DNA of 64,000 nucleotides from Styela clava. Taxonomy: Eukaryota. Made by a program: the position numbers and the translations under genes. The notes under the pieces are model-generated. The model did no database searches. It saw nothing but the letters and a program-made list of their open reading frames with translations, and was not told where the DNA came from. Shown here piece after piece: positions 27,377 to 39,635 of this stretch (positions are counted from its first letter, which is position 1; every line of letters starts with the position of its first letter). The stretch is taken from NCBI RefSeq assembly GCF_964204865.1, contig NC_135264.1:4464001-4528000 (forward strand), written 5' to 3'.

Positions 27377-28275
27377 GTAAGCGATTCTTATTTTACTGCT
27401 CGTTGTTTTACCTAATTCGTCGTGTTAACGCTTTAACTGAGAGATAATGACTGTCGCAGAACATTTTTTACCTCTGCGCTGTGTTATGTCCGATGATATG
27501 ATTACTATCCTTAAAGTTATCAATTTCTACACATTCTTCGTACAGAATACTATGATTGTATTAGTCTTTGAAACTACTATATTAAAAAATGTTCCTATAG
27601 GTTAAATTTTTATCGAAAATAAGACAATGCTGTATGATTTTTAAAATATCTCTACTCGCTATTAACACTCGTTGTCAAAGCGTTAAGACTGCTCAAAAAC
27701 CTGAGATTTTATCAAACACAATTTTCTGTTTCGGGGGTGTTTTCTACAGACAGCAAACTGAATTCGATAGTTTTAAAATGTAAATACTATTGTTGACATT
27801 AGTTTTAGTTAAACAATAACTGTTAATCAATCAAAAGTGTGACGGTAGATGTTTTTACTTTGTCGTACAATATATTTCTTTAAAAATCTTTAATTTGGGA
27901 TATTTTGAATATTAAATTTTAACTAGAGGTGATATTGTTTTTGGCAAAATTAAGTACTGCGGTCCTTTGCAAAAAAAGTTTTCTGAGAACGAGCCTTGAA
28001 TAAAAAAAACTTTGCTCACCCCTTCCATAGGCTATGCCATTTATGAGGTCTTTAACAATGACTTTATTGGGTCCTGTAGAATCAATTTAACGCCACAATA
28101 GTTCTTTCACGTGAAATGTATTATGAGGTCATGAACAAACTGGTAAACTGCGTGAAATACGAAATTTTAGTTAAAGGCAAGATACGTACGCTAATCGCTA
28201 GAGAATTCTGGGTAGTAACTTACATTTAAAAACACAACGCTGCAATAAATCGAGATGAACCGATATCATCTTTTC

Positions 28276-28468
28276 GGTACTCCCGTAGTATGTGAACCAA
28301 GATAGCGGACACCGTAACGTAGTATGTGTACCAGGTTAGGGTTAGGCCATAATTTCAGGTACAAATACTACTTGGCTACTCCCCGAACTCGTAATAGAAC
28401 TAAAATAAGAAAAATTGGAATAAAATTATTGCCTAACCCTAACCTGGTACACATATTACGGGAGCGCC
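28276..28468. mobile_element. Merlin-like MITE with TTAGGG arms
   Basis: ggtactcccgtagtatg...ggttagggttagg...cctaaccctaacc...tattacgggagcgcc. Homologous to 7517-7753. Confidence 0.7.
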
Positions 28469-29022
28469 CCTTTTTCGCCGATACCAACAAAAGTTCAGAT
28501 GCATAATTTTTGTCACTAGACTTACTACTATCGGTTTGATAAAATGCTTGAAATAACTGCATCGTAAATTTCTCTGTGATTTTCACGTATGAAATGATGG
28601 GCCTCAACAATTTTATCAAATAAATAGCGGTACTTTCCGATAGCTACCGTTGTGCACAGGCGCTAGGAATCACGCGTTTGATTAGATAGCTAATAACGGA
28701 CTGGCTACTGAACGTGATGAAATACAGATATGTTATGTGACATTATGATGTCATATGTTGTATTTACACAACGGGAAAATCAAATTAATAATCAATCATC
28801 ATTTATTATTCGAAATGTTAAAATTTTGGTTACCAAAATACACAAACTAGTTGGATTAGAAATTTAGATGGACATAGATTGGATGATAAATACCTGAAAC
28901 AGTTGAAAATCAGGATAAATGAAATCTACGTTAACCTATAAAATTGTGAGTTGTTTACTCACCTCAACAATTTTCGATAATTCATATATCGGATTCATTA
29001 ACAATGATCAACAATGACAACA

Positions 29023-29363
29023 TCGCGGGCGCGGCTCAACGGGCTAAGCGTTAGGAATACGCTCGCCACCGCACCTCTAATTACTGTGCATGGGTTCGCA
29101 GGTTCGAATCCCATGCAGGGATGGTTATGTGCGAGAGGATTGCTGGATTCCTCGCCGTCGTTGGGTGGTTCACGTAACCGTTGGTCGGTTACGGCTTCCT
29201 CCACCACCAAGTCCATGCTTCCGAAAACAAACAATACAGTAAAACTAATCCCATACCCGACTTGGAATGGTAACCGGACAAGAGGCCGTGGTTCGCCATA
29301 TGGATAAGCCGTCTTGTCGGCTTTCCTCTCCCCCGGGATAAATATGTAAATCCTGTCCTATCC
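29023..29363 (+). mobile_element. tRNA-derived SINE
   Basis: A-box-like ggctcaacggg (~29033), B box ggttcgaatcc (29101-29111), tail aaatcctgtcctatcc. Homologous copies on the minus strand at 37.2 kb and 53.7-54.4 kb. Confidence 0.85.
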
Positions 29364-30127
29364 ATCAATACGACTTTATCTGGTATTTAATGATAAACGA
29401 ATGTGTTGAAGATTTATAAATTTACTACTATTGACAGGTGCCAGAGACCCAGGCAGCAATGGCATTTTGCGTTGAAGTCGTGGTTCGCATTTTTTGTCGG
29501 TTTGATTTACCCATACAAAATATATTTCGTCTAAATATCGTTGAGGCCCAAGCCATTTCATACCCACAACACTTCCACATCTTGCGTTTCACGTTGGGCA
29601 CTTTCCATCTTGGCGAATTTTGCGTCTTGACGTTTACTCATTTTCTTTATGCCTTCCTTCCCATGCGGCGCAGGAAAAATTTCAGATCAACGAAACCAAC
29701 ACAAAAAAGACAATAAAATAAAATTTATATGAATCTCTCAAAACTACTAAGCTCACATCAGTCGAGTTCGAGTCTGCTTTTTCAGCTCTTATCTGTTTTT
29801 CAAATTAGCTCAGGAACCGTATCAATTTAATATCGGTATGCTACCGGTGCCCTGTTTTTGTCATGCTTTTTATTTTAAGGGTGAAAATCCCTATCTCGAA
29901 ACTTGGTGAAAATCCCATCCCTACCAAAGGCTGCCTTCAGCTGAGAATGCGTTATGCGTGATTGACTGTGCGTTTCTCCCAACCGTTTTATCGTTTGTAC
30001 GAAAATAGGCGTGGACGTCAGAACGTCAGGTTATTTTGTTGCTGTTTTTGTATTGCGTTTTGCGCGAAGTCGGTGCATATTTCTGGATTCAAGCGTTTTA
30101 TGCAAGTTATTATTAAATTACTGAGCA

Positions 30128-33100
30128 ATGGCGGGTAAGAAATTTTTTTAATACGCATATCGGTCTAATACATAAAATACGTTACGGTACCGGTATTTCA
30201 TCCAACTGTCCAACCAGCAAACTCATGAAACTGATTAATCTGTTTAACTGTCTAATGCGATACCGCAACGCACTGCCAGACTGCAGTAATAGCAGTCTTA
30301 TTTCATGTAACATTCAGACATTTGACATCAATGAAAATTAGCATTGTTTTGCTGTTAAACTGTTTCTAGTTATTTAGACACAAACAATTTGAGACAAGTT
30401 GAATAAAACATTTGAAATATTTTAAGAAAATTTAAAAACAAGCCAATCTTGTTTTAGTGTTTGGGTACCTAATACTGTAATAAGATATGAGATATCGCCA
30501 GTTTTGACTGTGTTTGAAAGAATATACCGGTACTGATATAGTTTCATTCTTCGTCATTATTATTACTTCAGTACCGGTACCGGTACCGTAGTACTGGTAA
30601 ATTTTATGTTTATAATATTAACGATAATGATTAGCTTGCGGCTGAGAGCTGGAGAGAGAAAATTTCATATTCATGACAATTCTGGTGTTTCAGTTCCTTA
30701 GAATTACTGAATTATGGATTACTGGATTAATTCACGATTGCTGTTATCAAATGTTGTCTGGTACTGCTGTACTGACAGACCGGTATATCAGTACAGCAGT
30801 ATAGGGTCTACTGCTGTTATATTGCTCGGCAGTGTGACGCATATTGCTAAGCGTTACAGTTGGGCACAGTTTCAATTTTTCCCAACATTTGGTTCAATAA
30901 CTCTATTTGTTTATGAAATGCGGGTGTCTGTCACGAGGATTGATATGTCAGATCTCGTCATGCTCCCCCGGATAAATATATAAATCCTATTGTAATATGG
31001 CAATTCTTGACTTCCAGCTTGAAATTCATTCTACCTGTCTTCCAGATCTCTTTTTGCCTATGAGTCAGTGAGTCCTCTCATACAGTCATAAGTATTTATA
31101 GAAAGTCGGTGGGATTTTGTGTATCGTGCTTCTCATGATCTGCCACAAAAACCATGTCGCTTTCTGCCCATTTCACAATATCATCATCTTGATTCTTAAT
31201 AATAACTAGAACGAAGCGATATTATGCTACCAGGTAGCGTTCATGTGATGTAATGATAACTACAAACCCCTAAGTGTTTTTTAAGGGAGCGTGATAAATT
31301 GAAGAGAGGCGTAATCTGAAATATCATGAATAACTTTCAGAAGAAAGAATGTGATTCACCAAAATAAAAAGAAGTTTTCCAGTACCACTATGTTAGAGAT
31401 TTTTTATTAAAAAATAATGGGTGAAAACAAGTTCAGCTCAGGAGGGCTGCTGATGCGTTATGTGAAATTTATTAAAGAATTAACTGGTAAAACAATAATT
31501 GCGCTTAATAAACCTCTGAACTTTCCAGATATGCCTTGTTGCATTTGCAGAATTGATTGTTCACTATTCTAATATCTTTAAGTATGGATTAAATTGGATT
31601 ATTGTATGTTTACTTCTCTACTGTATGCTTATTTTCTATGCAGCAGAGTTGCTTGCTCTAAAAAGGAAAAAAATCATTGCCTTGCTACCATTGATAATCC
31701 TATACTAGTTTCACCAGTAATTTAGATAAATGTTATGAAATTGTTTTTACTTGGCTATTTTATTCATTTTTATTCAAATGGTTTGTCTATGATATCTCTG
31801 GGCCACTGAAGTACTGTATTTTTATTTTTTTTACCAAAATATGAAAAATAGAATGTTTGAAATTTTACCTTATTAAGCTACAATGCACCATATGGTAGGC
31901 CTATATCAAATTTGTTCTATTTATAGAAACTGATTAATTGGTATGACCACCTACTAATTGCCATCCAATCACTGAAGTCTGTTTATTCCTAAATTTTGTG
32001 CATATTTACATTTTATACATTTTTTCTATTGCAACTGATATATACTATTTTTTTTTTCCATATTGTTACTTTGATCTCCTGAATCTACAGAACCTAAGGT
32101 ATGATTTTTTTTACTTATCGTAAATAAGGCTCTTGCCTAATTAAGAATGAAGCTTGCCAAATTCAAATGATTCTGTTGATTTTCTCTTTTTATTTGAAGT
32201 GGACCTCATTTCCTGCTCTAAAGGATAATTCCAAATATCTAAAATAAAATACACATTAAAGTAATATTATTTATTTAGAGAGGAAATGATAGATTATTAT
32301 TGTGCATGACTTTCTACATTTTCTTTTGTGAAAAAACATAATGAAATGCTTATTTCGGTTTCTTATCAAGTCAGAAAACATATGCATCACAGCATGTTTA
32401 TTTAGATAGTAGCCATGTAGTTTTAAGCCCACTCTCTATCCATGGCTTATGCTCTTCTAGAGAATTTTTCCTGAATAGATCAAGCAGTAAAATATATATC
32501 AGTAAATTGCATGCTGACAATCTGTAGATGTGTTTTTGATTTTCTTGGGTGTGCTAGCTTGCTGAAAATGCAGATGTGTGAAATTTATATGATTTCCAGT
32601 CTCTCTCTCTTATATTTGTTGACTTTATTATTTTGAATGGTTTATTTCATCAAAATGTTCTGGGCTAATTTTGATATATTCTTGTCGTTTGTTTTACTGA
32701 GCTATCATATTGTGTAACGTTCGCTGTATCCTAAATTTTAATTTGTCTTGTTTCACCAGTAAAGCTAATTGTTACTTGACACGTCTTGTGGTGTTTTTCT
32801 AAGTCATAATTGGAAACGTTTGTAGGAAACACATTTATAAAAAGAATTTTCATTTTATGCACATAATTCATGTTTCATAATTCATACTGTTTATTTGAAA
32901 TTTACACGGAAAGATATAAAAGACATCAGGTTTAATACATGTGCCCAATTTTCAGAACTCTAAAAATTATTCAATGTTATTACCGGTACATTAAGTTTAG
33001 ACAAATATTATCGTAACTATTTTTTGTAAATTCCTTTCAATTGAATGCAATATTTTCTTCAAAAAGTTTAAAGTTCAATTAAATTAAATTATTTGGAACA

Positions 33101-36100
33101 ATATTTTCACAAGATTGCTCGTTAACTCTGATTTGATCTCAAAATCAGTTTGCAATTCTAAGAAACAGTTTTGATGTTGAAATTGATAACTTTATGGATG
33201 AAATGGGAGCTAAATTTGTATGGGCTTAAATATTTAATTTGTTTCATCATCTTTTTAATTCTCACGATTCATTCCATATGTTTCATTACACTCAACTTCG
33301 AGTTACACAATTCATCTTTGTGTGTTCAAACAATGTACAAATAAAAATTTTGATATTATTAATTACTTTATGTAAATGTTTAATCTCTGCTTCTGCAGTA
33401 CAGCGCTGCCTCCGAAATACGAAAGAAATATGAGGCGTATGCCCCGACGAAAGAAAGTAGGGAAGATCCTTCCAAATTCAAGGTTTGTCAAGAGTATCAT
33501 GAAGTATGGACTTACCTGCTAGCATTGAGTCTGATACTGTACAAATCCCAATTTAGTACACATTTTCATTAGAGTATTTGATACAATGTTGTTAATGTTA
33601 CGTACCGTAATTGATTTATGTAATGATTTTATAGACATTGATAACAGTGTAGCTGCTTAATGTAATTTCTGTTTTAAATTGTTATTATGTTTATTCGAGA
33701 AAAGAATAACACCACTTAAAACATTCTTGAAAGTGGCTTAATCATGGCCAATTTTTCATTAATAGTGATGTTTGCTGTGAAATTCTCTGTGAAATAATAT
33801 AGTGTAACTTATATTTGAAATTAGTTTATTAGTTGGAGGAAATCAGGTTATTGGTTACAAATAAACAAAGCTGCAAATAAGCATCCCTAAAGTGAACCCC
33901 AATGGCTTCAGTTGAAGTATAGGAGAATTCAAAACAATCCATCAAATATATCTTCTATCTTCTTTATTTACTGCTTAAATCTTGCCTGAACAAAAATATG
34001 GATTAATCCATTCCATATAGTATTTCACAACAGCACTGATTTGCAAAAGAATCTGACAGAGTCTTATTTATATTTTGTAGAATCCTAACATAAATAAGTT
34101 TTTTTCGGAAATTGTAATTTGCAAGCCAATATCTAAGTAGAAACATAATTTACTTGTTATGAACTGGTGGTGGATTTATTTTGGTGAAAGGATTTCCTGC
34201 GTGTTTGTGGTTTTATTTTGATTGAATTTTTCCTTTTCGCATGGATTGTGTTGTGACGAACTCATTTATTTATTGTTTTGAAATATATTTCGAAATCTAT
34301 ATTAAATAATTCAAATAATCTTTCAAGGATATACCTATGAAAGTTTATCAATTCTATAATTCAGCTTAAAAACAATTTTCTGCCTTCTAGCCAATTGTTT
34401 GTGGCAGTGATTGCTGAGCATGTGACATACATGAATCATGCCTCAATGATTACTGTACCATACTTGGTATAGTTTCGCTAACCAAATTGCTGCAAACCAC
34501 TGGTGGGCATTTTAATCTGCTGAAACTAATGCAGCGGGTGATGGTATTTTTATTCAATATGTGTTGTCTTTTATGTTCAAATTTCCATGCTATTTTATTA
34601 CAGTTTACCAACCCAGAAACTGCTGGCTATGTTGGATTTGCAAATCTGCCAAACCAAGTACATAGGAAATCTGTGAAAAAGGGATTTGAATTCACTCTTA
34701 TGGTGGTTGGTAAGTCATTATCCATGAAGCAGACTATTTTGTTATTACAGAATCCTGCTTCATTAATCTTATTGGTTATTGCTTATTTTTTTTTTAATAA
34801 TATAACATTTGACATCCACCGTAGCAATAGTAAAATATTCTATAAAGAGAAGGAAATGGTCTGAACTTCAATTGAATTGCCATTGAAGTGCTAAGAGGAA
34901 ACAAGGCCTACTTCTACCAACATTAATATTGTCGTACTTATTAGTTACTCTCATTGAAATTTTTTGAGAGAGAGATTTAATTTCTAATTTTATCAAAGAG
35001 ATAGAGGCCCTACCTGATATTTTAAGAAATGCTGAAATATTGCTTAATCACATAGCTTTGAATAGAATGTTTCATTTTGGTCTTAAAGTGTATTCTACAA
35101 ACTAAAAGTACAAAGTAACTCTTAACTACTTTGTGCATGTAGTCGATTCAACGAAGCTGTATGCCTGTATCTAATGAATACAATTAAAATAAGTGAGTCT
35201 GTAAGAATATTATGTACGAAAGGAATCTTACAACAAAAAATTATTTTGAATTTAACTCGAAAAATATCATTATCTGCTGCACGTTTATTCCTAAATTTTA
35301 TTCGAAAATTATCTTCAACCTTGATTTCATCATTTTCAAATTTCATTGCTGTATATTGATTGCAACAAAATCAAATTCTACACCTGATATTGTTTGCTAG
35401 AGCTGATGTAAAATGAATTGCATTTTTTTTCCCAGGTGAATCTGGTCTGGGCAAATCAACTTTAGTGAACAGCCTTTTCTTGACTGATTTATATCCAGAG
35501 AGGACAATTCCTGCTGCTGCTGATAAAATCAATCAAACAGTCAAAATTGATGCAAGTACGGTTGAAATTGAAGAAAGGGGAGTCAAACTAAGACTGACAG
35601 TGGTAGACACTCCTGGATATGGGGATGCATTGGATTGTTCAGATTGGTAAAAATTAATTTCTATGTTTTCAGGATTAGGATTATTTGTTTTAAGTCTTGT
35701 TCAATGTCTGTGTAAATTAAAGCTTTCAATCAATCCCTAATTGGTGACGATGTGACAATTTCATTTTTTTGTCTGATTTATTCCAAAGGCTTTCATAGAC
35801 TCAGCAAGAATTGTTGAATTAATATTACAAATTGCACACAGTCACCATCAGACTAGTGATCTCCTCTTTTAATATCTTTATCATAACCTTTTTGTTAGAC
35901 TGAAACATTCAATAGAATTTCAGATTTATTTGATTCATATGTTAGCTATGTGTACATGATGGCGAACAATATTACGTTGTCCATTACCTAAAACAATGCA
36001 AATGTTCACTGTAAGTTCCTACTTTTACAGATAAACTGAAAGGTAATGCGGGAATATTTCTATCTTGGAAAACAATATGCCCTTTCTGTATACATTGAGT

Positions 36101-39100
36101 ACTTTTATCCCCAGGCAAAAACATGAGAACCAATATTTTCAAATATCAAGTTCATCAACATATATATTCGTCGACATATGACAAGGACATAATGTCCTAT
36201 ACACTAGCTAAATTTAATAGAGTGTAAAAATTTAGACAATCTACTCTTTTACAGCATCATAAGGGTCATAAATACCTCTTTGGTGTTGTGTAGATATTGC
36301 TGGAGGGCATAGTCTCAGTATTTGAAATCATTTTGATTGATAGGCACTGCATCGTCGAGGCACTGCATCGTCGGAGCAGGAATAAAAAAAAGTGCTGTGG
36401 TACTCATAAAATATTTCAACCATTCTGGCAAATGAAGGCATTTTTTCCATGACTCCATGATTACACTCTTCTAGATTAATCATGGGAAGTATAAAGAGAT
36501 CAGAAGGATTCGAAATTTTTCTGGTATACCAGAAGTTTATCATATCCAATCACTTCATCACTAGGTTGTGATAGCGAAATAATATCTCAATGCCCTGAAT
36601 GCAATACCATCACATATTTATCTATTCTATGTGGATTTAGCATTACTGTAAAAGACTTCTCTTTAAATCAAATTCAGTCGATTTAGATGTAGAAATCTGT
36701 CCCATTTTTACCACAAAAATATTTTTTTATTCTAGTTTCAAGCCCATTATACAGTACATTGATGATCAGTTTGAACGTTATCTCCACGACGAGAGTGGTT
36801 TGAATAGACGTCACATTATAGATAATCGAGTACATAGTTGCTTCTATTTCATTTCGCCTGCGGGTCATGGGTAAGTTATGTTACAGACATGTATTTATGC
36901 AAATATATTCAGATTGAAATCGATACTAAAAGATGTTGTGTTTTTTTTAAATAAAAAAGCCTGAAGCCTCTTGATGTTGAATTCATGAAAGCCTTACACA
37001 ATCGTGTCAATATAGTACCAGTGATAGCCAAAGCTGACACCTTGACAATGGCAGAAGTGAAAAGGTTGAAGCAGAGGATCTTAGAGGAGATCGCTTCTCA
37101 TGGAATTCAAATTTACCAACTTCCTGATGCAGATGACGATGAGGACGAGGAGTTTAAAGAACAGACCAGACTTCTTCGAGTAAGATAGGTTTTTCATATT
37201 TAACCCTAAAAAGAGGAAAGACGATAAGACGGCTTCATCATTCGGCGTACCACAGCCTCTTTTATGGGATTAGTTAGCCAGTTGTTTGATCGGATGCATG
37301 GATGATGGAGAAAGCCTTAACCAACCAGGGTTATGTGAAAACCACCCTACAACGAGAAATCCTCGGACACATATTTATCCCCCCTCAGAATTCGAACCTA
37401 CGAACCCATGCTGGGTAACCAAGAGGTGCGGTGCCAATAGTATTCCTAATGCTTAGCATGATTCGTCAACCGCCAATTCAAATAAAATTGTTTAAATCTT
37501 TTGGAGACTATGCCAATGTCCAATAATTAGTATCCTTATCTTTGGGCTATTTTTCTTCAAATTAAGATAATAGTTTGTATAAAATAAGCTTTTTTTAGTT
37601 TTCTTAATATGTTGTTTCTATTTTATAGGAAAGCATTCCATTTGCTGTTGTTGGGTCAACACAATTGATTGAAGTCAAAGGCAAAAAGGTCAGGGGTCGT
37701 CTGTATCCGTGGGGAGTTGTCGAAGTCGAAAATCCAGAACATTGCGATTTCCTGAAACTCAGAACCATGCTCATGTAAGATTGTGAAGTTTCAAAGTTCA
37801 ACGATTTAAGAGTTATTAATCTTCCAACAATATGTTCTTCAACCCTTTTTTGGGGGTATTATATACTAGTTAAGGTTATGATTTACGATGTTTATTAAAT
37901 CGAGTTCATCTAACTCAAGATTGGGCAAGGTTTTTGGACTTAGACTGGCGGGCCGTGTAAGTGTAACGTAAAAAGTTACATTTTATGAACAACATTTACA
38001 GTGTTACGAAAGCGAAAGTGGAAACATTAAGCCTCATGCCAAAACTAAATTTAAACGAAATCTGAACAAATTCTGCGAGTTATTTTTAACTAAACTAAAC
38101 ATCAAAATTCGGTTGTGGCAGCATCGGCTGGGTCAGATTGAATTACCCAACAGGCCGGATTTGGCCCACGGGCCATAGTTTGCCCATGACAGGCCCATTC
38201 ACTATTTGTTCAAGTTACATCTTCTTTTGTCTGGAGAAGTTAGACTTTCATTTTGTAGAATGAGATCATTTTAATTTGACTAATTATTATACGTACTGTG
38301 ATTTATATTGCATATCACTATTGCAGAACACACATGCAAGATTTGCAAGAAGTTACCCATGATCTTCATTATGAAAACTTCCGTGCACAGAGACTTAAGC
38401 ATAAAGAAGGAAGTGCTGAAGAGTAAGTAGAATACATGATTTGAATAAATATAGTTTTTAAATTGATAAAACATTAATATTGAATTGATTAGTATTCTGC
38501 TCATTCAGTGGTAGGAGAGTGGTATTGGATCAGTTACAAATGAAATTGTACATACAAGTAAATAATTATCTAAAAAAGTACTATGTTTGTTAATTTGATC
38601 AAGTAGTATCAAACTGCAATTTCTTTGAGAACGCAATCGATTTTGCTTACATTTAGTCATCTTTATGATGATATACAACACTAGCTCAGATTGATTACAT
38701 TACACAGCTAAACTAGGTAATCATGGATGAGTATACAGTCATTTACTAAGCTTTATAATGTGGTATTATCTCTATTTCCTAGCGCGAGTTGGTTTCTTGC
38801 ACAAATTTCAATGACACTTTAGTTTATTTTTGATCCAATGGTTTAAACTGTGTCACTGTTTGTCCCTCTGAGAGTGATAATCTTATTTGTCACATTGATT
38901 TGTGAAACTCTTTTGATCCCTTTGGGAGACTGACAAAATTTAAACGGATTTGATTTTAAATATTTAAAATTTTCTTACAGGCCTGAAGATCCATCTCTCT
39001 CACAAAAAGATAAAATTTTGTTGCAGAAAGACGCAGAGGTAACATTTGTTTTTTAGAAGATTTATGTTTGTATACGAAGCTAGATTTAGAAACATGTAAT

Positions 39101-39635
39101 TTGATGATTCAAAGTATTTTTCATTAAAATATTATATATTTACAAATAGTCCCTATTTTCCTGTTTGTCCATGTTCATTATCTGTGAATTTCATGCCTTT
39201 GCAAAAACAAGCTGAGAATGCCGCAAGTATGGTTGTTCCCACTTTGGTAACTTGGCATATGTAGTTCATCACCACGTGGTCATCATATCAACCAAGCATA
39301 GTACAAGACTTGAATATTTTTTGGTCTTCACTAATATTTACTTTTTTGTTCTGTTTATGGATTGCTATTACCAGGATCATTTTTTAAGTTACCACTGACG
39401 AAAATTACCTCCTAAACTTTACAGTAGTGGTTAATAGAAGTTTCAGAAATTATTTCAATTAAGCATTTTTTTGAATTCCCTTAGTCAGTTTCTTATATCA
39501 TTTTATATAAACCCTTTTCCTAATTAACAGCTTCGTCAAATGCAACAAATGCTGGCTCGTATGCAAGCACAGATGAAAGCTCAACAAAAACAACCAAGCC
39601 CAGGAGGAGGAAAAATGCAATCACATCAAGTTTAA
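30128..39635 (+). CDS. SEPT2: Septin, SEPT2 group (391 aa from the proximal ATG, 415 aa with the distal first exon)
   Basis: Exons 30128-30134, 32091-32098, 33399-33482, 34604-34709, 35436-35646, 36736-36870, 36960-37179, 37629-37774, 38327-38422, 38981-39038, 39531-39635, all GT-AG with compatible phases. [44 protein letters not shown] (polybasic region + G1), DTPG (G3), AKAD (G4), RGRLYPWG septin unique element, C-terminal coiled coil. The core from 34604 is certain; the 5' exons are inferred. Confidence 0.93.
32091..32098 (+). CDS. 8-nt microexon (AACCTAAG) of the septin
   Basis: Polypyrimidine tract, then ctacag|aacctaag|gtatga. Bridges the phase-1 first exons to the phase-0 exon at 33399. 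Confidence 0.7.
37205..37475 (-). mobile_element. Degenerate SINE copy in septin intron
   Basis: gataagacggctt, gaattcgaacc (B box, reverse) and tattcctaatgcttagc match the 29023 SINE in reverse. Confidence 0.75.
37917..38190. mobile_element. Old Charlie-type MITE in septin intron
   Basis: ggcgggcc motif near the left end and ggccggatttggcccacgggccatagtttgccca near the right end, typical of Charlie subterminal sequence. TSD not clear. Confidence 0.5.

Noticed and set aside
29030-29115. tRNA gene
   Set aside because: The A/B boxes belong to a multi-copy SINE. Spacing is extended and no cloverleaf is evident.
29530-29665. Minus-strand mini-exon MSKRQDAKFAKMESAQRETQDVEVLW divergent from the septin proximal start
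   Set aside because: No downstream exons or homology found, so it may be chance.
33404-33482. Alternative acceptor tacag at 33403 as a way to avoid the microexon
   Set aside because: From phase 1 it ends in phase 2 at the donor and cannot join the phase-0 exon at 34604.
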